A program made the translations under genes and the position numbers. The notes beneath the pieces were generated by a model. The model was not told the DNA's origin. It worked only from the letters and a program-made list of their open reading frames with translations, and did not search any database. Shown here piece after piece: positions 39,901-52,180 of a stretch of 64,000 nt of DNA (position 1 is the first letter of the stretch; each line of letters begins with the position of its first letter). Source of the DNA: Lingula anatina (taxonomy: Eukaryota; Animalia; Brachiopoda); NCBI GenBank assembly GCA_051362555.1, contig CM120640.1:51252788-51316787 (forward strand), read 5' to 3'.

Positions 39901-41131
39901 CTGGCTGAGATAGGTCCGTAGTTACTATTGATTGAATAGGAAGTCATATATCTCCAAAACTGGCAGAGATAGGTCCATAGTTACTATTGAACTTGAATAG
40001 GAAGTCATATACTGGCAATCTAAATGTGACCTTGAAATTGACATTTGACCTACTTTTCACCATGAACTGAACTTTGCAAATTTTTCTTCCCTTTTATCTC
40101 CAAAACTGGCAGAGATAGGTCCATAGTTACTATTGAACTTGAATAGGAAGTCATATACTGGCAATCTAAATGTGACCTTAAAATTGACCTTTGACCTACT
40201 TTACACCATGAACTGAATTTTGCAAAATTTGCTTTCCTTTTATCTCCAAAACTGGCTGAGATAGGTCCGTAGTTACTATTGAACTTGAATAGGAAGTCAT
40301 ATACTGGCAATCTATATGTGACATTAAAATTGACCTTTGACCTACTTTTCACCATGAACTGAATTTTGCAAATTTTGCTTTCCTTTTATCTCCAAAACTG
40401 GCTGAGATAGGTCCGTAGTTACTATTGAACTTGAATAGGAAGTCATATACTGGCAATCTAAATGTGACCTTAAAATTGACCTTTGACCTACTTTTCACCA
40501 TGAACTGAATTTTGCAAATTTTGCTTTCCTTTTATCTCCAAAACTGGCTGAGATAGGTCCGTAGTTACTATTGAACTTGAATAGGAAGTCATATACTGGC
40601 AATCTAAATGTGACCTTAAAATTGACCTTTGACCTACTTTTCACCATAAACTGAACTTTGCAAATTTTGCTTCCCTTTTATCTCCAAAACTGGCAGAGAA
40701 ATTGACCCTTGACCTACCTTACGAAGAACTAAAATTTGATTGTACCATATATATTTTTTGCAATAGTTTAAAAATTCTTGTTGATTGCATTTTTACAGCT
40801 TGTCAAGCACAAAACTGGTGGCTGTGTCCCTTATTTTGTGTATGTGGGGGTCTACACGAATGCGCTTGCTCCAGCTGGTGGTACAATATTTGGAGGCGGT
40901 ATCGCCTCTCTGATCCTCTAGTTAACACTACAGTCAAGTATGCTATGTTTTTAACATCAACTTTCTTTTAACACTGAAATTTGAGATCATTCATGGAGGC
41001 TTATCAAAGTAAGAGATGACTGAGAATCAAAGTTATCTGGATATATATTTGGATAGGGTATTTTGAATGAATAAGTAAGGTAAAGTTGAGATTTGAAATT
41101 TGCCACATCAGTATCCCTTTTGGGGGATATA

Positions 41132-41176
<45 letters not shown>

Positions 41177-44100
41177 CCATCAGTAACTCTATCATTATGC
41201 CTTTTTATGTACAGACACAGATGTGTCTGTACATATAGCCATCATCTGCGTCTGTCGTCGCCGTCGCCGTTGGCGTGCACTGTAACTGTAAACACGATAA
41301 GTGAAAAACCGTTTTACCTTTTGGCTTGAAAGTTACAGAACTGATGAATATTCATAATACGCCGGTCAAGTTCGAAAATCAGCATGATCGGGCTATTTTT
41401 AGGGAAGTTATGCTGTTTTTTCAATTTTTTCAGCATATATGCAACACCATAAACACGATAAGTGGAAAACCGTTTTACCTTTTGGTTTGAAAGTTACAGA
41501 ACTGATGAACTTTTATAATACGCAGGTCAAGTTCAAAAATCAGCATGATCGGGTCATTTTTAGGGAAGTTATGCTTTTTTTTCACTTTTTTCAGCATATG
41601 TGCAACACCGTAAACACGATAAGTGGAAAACCATTTTACCTTTTGGCTTGAAAGTTACAGAACTGATGAATTTTCATAATATGCCGGTCAAGTTCGAAAA
41701 TCAGCATGATCGGGTCATTTTTAGGGAAGTTATGCTTTTTTTTCACTTTTTTCAGCATATATGCAACACCGTAATCACGATAAGTGGAAAAAGGGTTTTA
41801 CCTTTTGGTTTGAAACTTACAGAACTGATGAATATTCATAATACGCAGGTCAAGTTCAAAAATCAGCATGATAGAGCCACTTTTATGGAAGTTATGCTTT
41901 TTTTTCACTTTTGCCATCACCTGCGTCTGTCGTCGCTGTCGCCGATGCCGATGGCGATGCCGTCGCCGTGCACTTTCCTTGTAAACACGATAAGTGGAGG
42001 GCAGTTTTACTTTGTTCAGAATCTCAGAATAGAGGAAATTGGACATTTAACACTGTTATATTGATATTTTTCCCATCTCATCAATTTTCTTAGTTGGTCA
42101 TATAAAAATGGCAGTAACCTGTTAATTTTGTTTTATGTTAAAAAAATTGTTAAAAATGGGAAAAAAAACATTTCAGAACAGTGCTCTCTTGTGTACATTT
42201 TGGCATTTTCAAGTTGTGACTTTGAAGTTCCATGGGCCTGAAGATTTTTGCTAGTCACATTTTCTGAATATCCATGATACTAATATTTTATTATTAAAAT
42301 TGATGGTCATTATGCTGTTAAACATTATGTAATATTCCATCAAAATAAAAAAAAAAAACTATTTTGGGCACTGCTCCCATGATGACCATTTAAGAAAAAC
42401 AATGTCACATACTGTTCTCAAACAGTACAGTAAATACGTACAAATTTGTCTGTACATATTGCCATTACCTGCATCTGCCGTCGTCACCGTCACTGTCACT
42501 GTTGCCAGCGCCGTGCACTTTCATTGTAAACATGATAAGTGGAAGGCAGTTTTACTTTTTGGTTGTATATTTAAAGAGCTGATGAATATTCATAAAACGC
42601 AGGTCAAGTTTGAAAATCAGCATGATCGGGCCATTTTTGTAGAAGTTATGCTGTTTTTTCACTTTTCAGCATATATGCAGCACTGTAAACACATTTAAAG
42701 GAAAACTGATAGGCCTGTTGTCATGAAACTCACAGGAGTAATTAATCTTATTATAACGCAGGTCAAGTTCGAAAATCGGCATGATCGGGCCACTATTTTA
42801 GTAGTTATGCTTTTTTTTTCACTTTTCAGCATTTATGCAACACTGTAAACACAATATAAGAAAAACAGGCCAATTGTCATTAAACTCACAGGAGTGGTCA
42901 TTCCTGCTAAAATGCAGGTTGAGTTAAAAAAACAGCATAACCATTAAAGAAATGCCGTTTTTTCACATTTCCTCAGATTCAATTCTTAGGCATGTTAACA
43001 GTCTCATTATTTAACTAATAAGACACGTAAAAGTGTTTGTTTGACATTTCCTGCATCTTTACAACATTATTAGTTGATTATGTAAAAATGATGGTAAACT
43101 TGTTATCGTGTATTGTGTAATAAACTTTCAAAAATGGAAATAAACTCATATCATTGCAGTTTGTCAGATTCAATCATTAAAATTTGATGTATAATTTGCA
43201 GTTTAACATAATGTACTTTTGCATCAGAATTGACAGTAGCCTATTTTGTGCATAGTTATTTCCTGTTTTTTGCCTGTACATTTGACAGCTTTGCTGCCTT
43301 GTTTCAGCATATATGCAACACCGTAAACACGATAAGTGGAAAACCGTTTTACCTTTTGGCTTGAAAGTTACAGAACTGATGAATATTCATAATATGTCGG
43401 TCAAGTTCGATATCAGCATGATCGGGTCATTTTTAGGGAAGTTATTCTTTTTTTTCACTTTTTTCAGCATATATACAACACCGTAAACACGATAAGTGGA
43501 AAACGGTTTTACCTTTTGGTTTGAAACTTACAGAACTGATGAGTATTTATAATGCGCAGGTCAAGTTTGAAAATCAGCATGATAGAGCCACTTTTATGGA
43601 AGTTATGCTGTTTTTTTTCATTTTTTTTCAGCATATATGCAACACTGATAACACAATATAAGAACAAGGCAGCAAAGCTGTCAAATGTACAGACAAAAAA
43701 CAGGAAATAACTATGCACAAAATAGGCTACTGTCAATTCTGATGCAAAAGTACATTATGTTAAACTGCATATTCAACATTAAATTTTAATTATGCTCAAC
43801 AGGTAATACCAATGTAAGTAAAATGTGTAACAAGCATAAGGCTTCAGGCCCATGGGAGTTCAAGTTCACACTTTGAAAATGTATAACTTCCAGAAAAAGA
43901 AGCCATTTAGACTGCTTTTCCAACTCAGGCTGCATTTTAGTCCTGTATTTCTTTTTTGAAAGTTTGACAATCATAAGTAACATGGTTTTCCCATAATGGT
44001 CATCATGGCAGCAGCACCCAAAATTGTGTTTTCTTCTATTCTGGTGCAATATTACATAATGGTTAACAGCATAATGACCGTCAATTTTTAATAATAAAAT

Positions 44101-44850
44101 ATACGTATCATGGATTTCCAGAAAATATGACTAGCATGGGTTTTCAAGCCCGTGGAACTTCAAAGTCACACCTTGAAAATGCCAATATGTGAAAAATTAA
44201 ATTTTCACAAAAAAATGTTTAACTGGCAGAAAGAATTACCAAACAGACTGCATTGCCTACTGAAGCTGTATTTTAGTCCCATGTTTCTTTCCTGTAAGTT
44301 TGAGAACAGTAAGTGACATGTTTTTTCTTAAATGGTCATCAAAGGAGCAGTGCCCAAAATAGTTTTTTTTCAAATTTTGATGCAACATTACATAATGTTT
44401 AACAGCAAAATAACCATCAATTTTTAATAATAAAATATTAGTATTATGGAAATTCAGAAAATGTGACTAGCAAAGGTCTTCAGGCCAATGGAACTTCAAG
44501 GTCACAACTTGAAAATGCAAAAATGTGTGTATTGTGTAATGAAGTGTCAAAAATGGAAATAAACACATCATTGCAGTTTGTCAGATTCAATCATCCACTA
44601 TGTTCAGAATCTCAGAATGGAGGAAATTGGACATTTAACACTGTTATATTGATATTTTTCCCATCTCATCAATTTTCTTAGTTGGTCATATAAAAATGGC
44701 AGTAAACTGTTAATTTTGTTTTATGTTTAAAAAGTGTTAAAAATGGAAATAAACCCATTTCAGAAAAGTGCTGTCTTGTTTACATTTTGGCATTTTCAAG
44801 ATGTGACTTTGAAGTTATGCAGGTAAATTTTGTTTAATATTGCAAATAAG

Positions 44851-44893
<43 letters not shown>

Positions 44894-47250
44894 CGAAGAT
44901 TAAAAGTTTGAATAACAGCTTCATTGGAATTATATTTACCTCTGCCAAGGAGGTTATGTTTTCACCCCTGTCTGTCATCAACATAACTCAAAAAGTTACG
45001 GACCGATTTTGATGAAATTTTCAGGAACTGTCGGAAGTGGGCAAGGAGGACAATGATTAGTTTTTGGTGGTGGTCCGGATCAATAATCAATCAATAAGCA
45101 ATAATAATCAACAATTGCTGTCTTGGCAGAGGTCTGCGCTCTCAGAGTGCTTTTCTAGTTTTGTTATGTTTTCCTTTTTAATTTTCAAACACTGGCATTT
45201 GTGACTTTTAACTCTCATCCTCCTGAGGCTCTGCACATTTTCTGTTTATCCACATAAGCAGTTGTATTGTTTTTTATGTCTTTAAACATTATGTAATATT
45301 ATTTTATGCACTGTCATCATTTTTCAAATATTGAGACTTTCATCATGTGAATTTGAACTCTCATGGTCCTGAAACTGTAATCTTATTGAAGGGGTGGATT
45401 GAGACCATCTTCTGGGTCTTCCTGAGGACGATCAGGTTATTAAGTTTATATTGACTGGTATCTATTTTTTTTCTGTTGGAAGACCATAAAAATGGGGGAT
45501 GGATCAACATAGATACTTTGGAATACTGTCAGAAAATATCTCTGGGTTCGCACCTGTTATTGACCATGGTACCTGTTGTGCATGATTAAAATTCAGTGTT
45601 AACTGACACTGCTATTATAAGCATTATTTATTATTGCATCAAAATTGACAAAATGACCTATTTTGCATCTTTATTTTCTGTTTTTTGTCCGTACATTTGA
45701 CAGCTTTGCTGCCTTGTATTAGTTCTGTGACCTGTGTTGCAAATAGCAGATATTAATTTAATATTGTTAATGTGTTTGATGATCATTTACCTAGGATTGA
45801 GTCTGGACACAGATTTTGGACTCCAAGAGAGTTAAATGAAGATTTTGTGAACAATGTAAGTTTTAAGCTTGGCTTGTGCTCATCATTAAAGGGACTGTCC
45901 ATACAGTGTTTGATTAGATATAGAACGCTATCTTCTTTTTAGATACGTAAATAAAACACCCTACCCAAAACTTCTTGAAAATGATTTTCTGGTAAAAAAT
46001 GGATTATGTGAAATATTGTTTTCATTTAAGGAGTCACTGGAAGCTCTCAGAACTAGAACAATAGAATTTTCAGGAACATTTGAACCTGTCAAATGGAAAT
46101 GCAGAGCTCCAATGCCTAGTGGCAAGTTATGTGAAAGAATGGATAGAATTAAGGTAAATCATGGTCATAACATGATAAATAGGTAAATGTGCTGTTTTAG
46201 TATGGTTGTCATTTTATAATGGTAATAACCCAGGTAGCAATGGCAGGATGTGTCAAGACCATGTGTCAGCAGTTTTGCTGAAAAGATTTAAAATACTTGC
46301 AAATACCATTACTTGTAAGCAAAAACTGAAACCCTATTTTACTTGCTTTTAGTGCCCCTTTCATGGCAAGATCATTCCCAGAGATGAGCAAGGTAAACCA
46401 TCAAATCCAGATGATGTGGTGAGAATAAAGGAAGAAGAGGACAAAAAGAAAGCAGGTACATAGTTTGTTTTATTAGACACAAGTGTTTTCATTTTAATTA
46501 ATAGATAGTAATACAGAAGTGAATCACAATCAAATTCACGGGGTATAAATGTTGTATAAATGATAGACTCATGATATACAAGTACATGTGTTAAACATTC
46601 CTCACTGTTTATAACATTGCACCATCAAGTTTGACTGCAGTTGTTTAGAAAACTAGATGTAAAACAATTTATCATCTGCTTACAGAAGCTGTTCCTGACT
46701 GGCAAGACCCTGTCCTCCTCAGAGAACTGGAGGCAGCAACAGGTATTGATTTAACTGTGACAGCAGGCAAAAGAGGGAAAGGAAAAGGCAAGGGGAAAGG
46801 GAAGAAAAAATTTCCAAACCTTACTGATATTAAAGCTGCTGGAAATACATCTAGGAGAAGACTAGAGAAGAAAGTCCTTAACAAGTAAGTAGATTGATTT
46901 GTGAGCTATTATTACGTAACAGTAGTATTTGTGCAAATATTTCCTTGATAATGTCATATACCTTGACTAGTAGCAATAGATTTGACCTTGTATGTGCTTA
47001 GAAAATAAGATTACAGTCATCAGGTTTTTTTTTTTTTTTTTTTTTTTGCTTTTGTGAACTTCATGAGCTACTCTGAAATGAAACTCAAATTTGTTTTCAC
47101 ATCACATAAATGATATGCAGTATCTTGCTAATATTAAAATTACTTTCCCACAGGTCTGCCTTAAGAAGAGTGACCAATGCATTAGACAGTTTGGATTATA
47201 AACTGGCAAAAGACAGATTTGCAAACCAGTTCAATTATGCGTTAAAATGA
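33932..47250 (+). CDS. UVSSA: UV-stimulated scaffold protein A (transcription-coupled NER), about 14 coding exons; start codon could be 33932, 33956 or 33965
   Basis: VHS-like N-terminus [20 protein letters not shown] / [23 protein letters not shown] / [17 protein letters not shown]. Also [32 protein letters not shown], zinc finger [31 protein letters not shown], and C-terminal [10 protein letters not shown]. Confidence 0.95.
36244..36366. repeat. ~120-bp foldback element built from GGATCCTATA units, with CCC...GGG ends
   Basis: Left arm AAAAAGTCCTATAGGATCCTATAA..CCTATAGGAAAT mirrors right arm ATTTCCTATAGG..TTATAGGATCCTATGGGACTTTTT around a short loop. Confidence 0.85.
38007..40922 (+). mobile_element. 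Helentron-type non-autonomous element (HINE family 2), structurally complete
   Basis: 5' ATTGTACCACCAGC-GTTAGC-GCTGGCGGTACA palindrome and (GGCTCCGCC)n tract. 3' subTIR GCTGGTGGTACAAT (40874-40887), hairpin GAGGCGGTATCGCCTC and terminal CTAGT. Confidence 0.85.
39016..40700 (+). repeat. 146-bp tandem array, about 11.5 units, inside HINE family 2
   Basis: TCTCCAAAACTGGC starts at 39016, 39162, 39308 and onward. One unit is truncated (39892-39950). Confidence 0.95.
41134..41174. repeat. (TG)n microsatellite
   Basis: Seen directly. Confidence 0.95.
41207..45717. mobile_element. Rearranged cluster of HINE family 1 sequence, forward and inverted segments, in a UVSSA intron
   Basis: Same 5' palindrome and ~161-bp units as 14973-19014. 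3' ends at ~43302 (+), ~43663 (inverted, AACAAGGCAGCAAAGCTGTC) and ~45717 (+). Confidence 0.8.
44936..45159 (+). mobile_element. Short HINE family 3 element nested in the family 1 cluster
   Basis: TTACCTCTGCCAAG-GAGGT 5' end, subTIR CTTGGCAGAGGT, hairpin GCGCTCTCAGAGTGC and terminal TTTTCTAGT. Confidence 0.8.
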
Positions 47251-47893
47251 TGACAGTTTAAGAACTAAAATGATTTATTATAATTTTTACATTTCAAAAA
47301 CTAACTTGGAAAAGACTTACCTATTATAGCTATTTTATACATGCAGTTCAAAGACTTTTTTTTATTAAGGGTGCAATAAGCTATAAAATGTATAATATAT
47401 TTTAATGAATGAATGTTAGTGTCATTTCTGTATGAATTGTCAACCTGTCATCTGTATCAAAAACATGTTAAAGTAAATTTAATTTGTTTTTTATTGTAGC
47501 ACTAATAAAGAATAAGAAATCCTCATTACTTGTTATTCATTTCTTTGCTTGAAATACACTATTTTTATTGCATGAGTTAGTATTTCGTTTTGGATTTTGT
47601 TGGGCATCAATTTAGTGATTTAGTATTGTGCGTGTTAAAATTGTTTGAAAACAGTGTTTGTTCAAGTAGAAAGAGAATATTTCGAAAAAATTATGACAGC
47701 CATTTATTGTACATAAAGAATATTTTTTCAATTTTTATTTGAATGTTCACGGGAGAAATAAGTCTTAATGTGTTAGAGATTAAAACAGTCTGTACTTGGT
47801 ACGTGACTACGGTCACGTAGGTTTGAAGAGGGCTTTCTTGTGTAATGTTGAAGTTGTAGCATCGGTGTGTACAGAAATCCTTTTTGGGACAAA

Positions 47894-50800
47894 ATGGCAT
47901 GTTGTGTGCACCACGTTGAAATCGGTGTAAAAAACGGATTATGTGCACTGAAAAAATTAACAAATTCATTTCCATTCAAGGTGATTGCAACAAGGCAGGC
48001 AGAGGAGTTCAGACAATGGGTAGTACGCACTGGATCAGCTATGTTTTTACTAACGGAACCACTAGAATCTCGTGTGTCGTCTGAATCTGATGTAAGTTGG
48101 GATAGGTGCTTGCGTAACCACGAGTATATATCAAATTGGTCTGAAAATATCAACCAAAGCACTTGGAGTATTAGCAAAAAGAAGGCAGTTGACTCAGTAT
48201 TCAACATTGCGTTGGAGGTTAAGGAAGTAGAACGTATGGTAGAGCGTGTTGCGCGGTTTGGGGGCAAGATTGTGCGACCACCAAGGCAAGTTGAAAACGA
48301 ACATGGGACCGTTACATATGCAACGGTAAAATCGGTTGTAGGAAACATTAACCACACTCTAATAAACTCCTCAGAATATTCAGGTGTATTTTTACCAGGC
48401 TTTAAATCAGAGAGTGAAAACGTCTCTGTTGACATGCAAAGCAATCACATGTTGTCTCACTTCGATCATGTTACATATGCTTGCCCAATGGGGGTGTCCA
48501 ATCAAGTGTTGAAATGGTATGAAGATTGTTTTGGCATGGAGCGTTTTCTCATAAATAGGTAAGATCTTTACCAATCACTTTAATTCACTTTGCATGTATG
48601 TTTACAGTGATCAGTACTCCTATTTGTTATTTCATAATCACTGTTGTGACTTTTACAAAAGTTAATTAGAATATCTTCAATTGCCAACACTGCTCTGGGC
48701 CTGAACCTCAGTTTTTTCCCCACTATCTTTCATTTTCATCTGCTCAGACATGCTGAAACTGATGGTCCGATCAGTCATGACCTGGAACATTTGTCTGGAC
48801 CAGTAAAAAATTGGACTTGTCCGATCCAAAGGACCGACAAGAGTTTGTAAGAGCCACAATTTTGAATTTACAGTCATCGTTCGCCATACTTTACTATTAA
48901 AATTATATAAAACCCAAAGTGTTTTTTTCCTTCCATTTCAAACTTTCACATTCACAAACAAAGTAAGCTACCTAATCGTACTGGTAGTATATGTCTCAAA
49001 TTAATAGAGTAATTTTCTGTCCAACAAAAATCCATTCGGTCCAACAAATTTTTCATTACTGCCAGTCCAAATGTCCGGCCATTCTTAAAAGTTTTCAGCA
49101 TGTCTGCCTGCTGAAAGTGAAAATTACCACTGGTTGCAATATGTTTTCACAATAACACATGCATGCTTTCTGCTCTAAGTAAAACTATAAAATATGAATA
49201 AGTATGCTAAAGACAAAAAAATGTAATACAATTGTAATAACTCAAGAAAACCACATATAAGTACTAGTAGATATTCAAATGACAATGTACATTTACTTTT
49301 GATGAAGTTGAGTCCATTTATCCTTCTAGTGATGAAGACAGATCTGAAGGGTTTCTTGTGGAAGGAAACGATGTTGGAATGAGGCTTATGGCAATGGAAT
49401 ACTGGAAATGTGCAGAGACTGGCGTCTCCTATCCTTGTGCCAAAGTTAATAGTCTAAAGATAGTTGTTGCCGAGCCACTGCCTGGACAAGGTATTAAGAT
49501 ATAGGCTAATCTTTGGCTTGATAAATCGTATGATGTGGTCCATTTGAAGAATATCTGGATATGTTGATATTTATAGTATAATGTTAACAAAACTTTAATT
49601 TTTACTAAACCAGCTAATGTTTTTTGGAATTTTTTATTTGCCCTGCTTCAACAGTTATTTTGTTTTCAGCATTTGTATTGAGTTATAATAAATTTATGCT
49701 TCACAGATGCTTGAAATGATAAGATTACTTCAATTTATTGCTCTGTAGTAGCTTTAAAAGACATGCAGATAACTTGAAGTAGTGCTAAGGAATTGGCTTT
49801 ACATAGAAAACACCTGTATTAAGACACATTTCATATATATTTATATGTACTAGGATTGCACCATTTTTTTTATTTGGTCCCATTGCATAGTTTTATATGC
49901 AAACATAAAAATGTGAAAATAAACAAATTTATGTGTAAGGGGTATACTGTTCAAAACACATTTAGCATGCTTGGGGGCGGGGGGAATTTTTCAGTCCTGG
50001 CTTATCATCCTTGAAGAAATTAAAAGTCATTGTTTTAGTATAATTATTATTATGGGTTGTTTAATTTTTTATTTGTATGGCCGTATCTGCCTCTTGTAGA
50101 ATATAAGATACTAAAACTACAAAATATTTTCAAAATTTTAGGTCCAAATCAGGTAGAGACTTTCCTTGAGCAGCATGATGGTCCAGGTGTGCAGCATATT
50201 GGTCTTCACACAGGCGATATAATCTCTTCCTCTCAGTTACTCAGAGACAGGGGTGTGGTCTTTCTCAAACCACCACCAGCATATTATTCTAAGGTAAAGC
50301 GAGAAAGGGTGAACTAGCAGTGCTTTAACTAACAAAAATGTTTCAGTTGATCGTTTTCTTCTTCTCTTCTTTTAATCAATATTGGTGAGTTGAAGTAGAG
50401 TATATGTTCATTTTTTAAAATCCCAAGTCCGTTATATAAGATTTCATTTGAAGCAGACTTATTTATAATAGAACTTTCATTTTTTTTTAAGCTTGGAAAA
50501 TTAGCAGAGATAGAAAAGCTTGGCATGGATGCAAAGAGGTTACAGGAGTGTGGGGTGTTGGTAGATGATGAAGCTGATGCTGGGCAGCATGTAGAGAACT
50601 GTAACAGGATGGGTGTCAGGTAAGCATTGATTCAGACAAACACATTTTATAACATGCTGGTGATGTGACAAAGTTGAAAATAAAGTCATGTTGTAAAACA
50701 TTTGAAATGTTTAGTCATAAAACTAGCATTCTTTAATAAGCATTATCCGATGATTTTTCTCATGTGGAATGTAATAAATTGTGAATAATATTATATGAAG

Positions 50801-51027
50801 AATGCATTTATTTGACATTTGTATGCAGGTACTTGTTGCAAATGTTCACAAGACCAATATTCAAGGAAGACACTTTCTTCATAGAAATCATTCAACGTTG
50901 TGGAGCTACTGGGTTTGGTGCAGGCAACATACGAGCTCTTTGGCGATCTGTTCAAGCTTTCTTAGATGAAAAGACTCATGTAACAGCTCAAAAGGAAGAA
51001 ATCTCATCAACCGAACAAAAAAGTTGA
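47894..51027 (+). CDS. HPDL: 4-hydroxyphenylpyruvate dioxygenase-like protein, 5 coding exons
   Basis: Exons 47894-48558, 49330-49490, 50142-50293, 50492-50619, 50829-51027. The Fe-binding triad is seen in [19 protein letters not shown] and [18 protein letters not shown] and [15 protein letters not shown] fit HPDL better than HPD (GNFNSLF). Confidence 0.9.
48745..49106. mobile_element. hAT-like MITE in HPDL intron 1
   Basis: Perfect 14-bp TIR CAGACATGCTGAAA / TTTCAGCATGTCTG. Flanks are TCTGCT / CCTGCT. Confidence 0.75.
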
Positions 51028-51287
51028 TACTTATTAACATATTTGGTAGTTTTCGATAAAATAATAGTATTTAACATGTTTGCTGTACACCTCAACACTG
51101 TATCTAAATGCTGAAGTGTGAAATAAACAACTTACGGGTGCTCCTGGACATCTAGCAGTTTGCTTATATATATGTGATAAGGACAAAGAGATTTTCAAAT
51201 GTTTTAAATTATTTATTGTAGGAATGAAAGCTTTACACTTATTTGTTAATTCTTTAAATGTCAAACGTCAGAGTTGAATTTTTTTTA

Positions 51288-51341
51288 CAATTACACATCA
51301 CAAAGCATTTTCAGCAATTACACATCACAAAGCATTTTCAG
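51288..51341. repeat. 27-bp tandem duplication
   Basis: CAATTACACATCACAAAGCATTTTCAG twice. Confidence 0.9.
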
Positions 51342-52180
51342 CAGACAAAAAAAAGAGCCACTGCGAATAATGTTAACTGAGAATAACACCAATATCTACA
51401 CAGACAGTACATAACACATTTCTGAAATGTACCACAGGAAAAGCTAGAAATTTTTCGTTTTGTGCATTCCTCAGTATTTAAAAAAATTAACTATGAAAAC
51501 ATTTAACACCATGCTGCTGCTTACCTGATGTCATAAGCACCAATTACATACTAGCATTGGGGACCAGCCCATGTTCAGTTATTACTACTATAGTGTGCAT
51601 TTATAAATGAAGAAAATGTTGCTGTGTTGAACTGCGTCTCAGTATAAGTACATCTACTCTATGCTTAAAAATACAATTTATAAAGTGTAAAATAATATCT
51701 AAAATTAATGTAAGATTTGGTTTCAGATCAATTTCTTCAAATTGATAGGTGGTACAGCATAAGTATCTATAGGTTTTGTCTATAATGGGACAACAGTAAA
51801 AAAAAATATTGAATTTAAAAATACAAAATTAATTCTTTCAAAATGCCATCAGTTCCACCTTTGTAAGTATTCTTCTTTCCCCTTTTACTGGAACTTCTAC
51901 TGCAGAAAACTCCCTTCTTTTCATAAAACTAATATCCAGCACCTTTAGACAAATTTTAACACGCTATTAAAATCTCTTTAATCTATCAAATTTGTCAGTG
52001 ACCTATTTGAATTTCGCATGCATTTTTTTTTACTAAACATGAAAATTATTTAACTGTTAAAAACTAACTTTTGCACATCATCATGGTTTTGCTCCATTTA
52101 TTATCAACTTAACATAAAGTGTAGCATTAAACAAAAAACATCACAGGCCCCCACCCCCCATTTTACTTCCCTTAAATAAA

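Noticed and set aside
39016-40700. Regular array as a possible CRISPR locus
   Set aside because: Whole 146-bp units repeat with no unique spacers, there are no cas genes, and the context is a eukaryotic intron.
47773-48444. 223-aa antisense ORF
   Set aside because: It is the shadow of HPDL exon 1 and has no recognisable motif.
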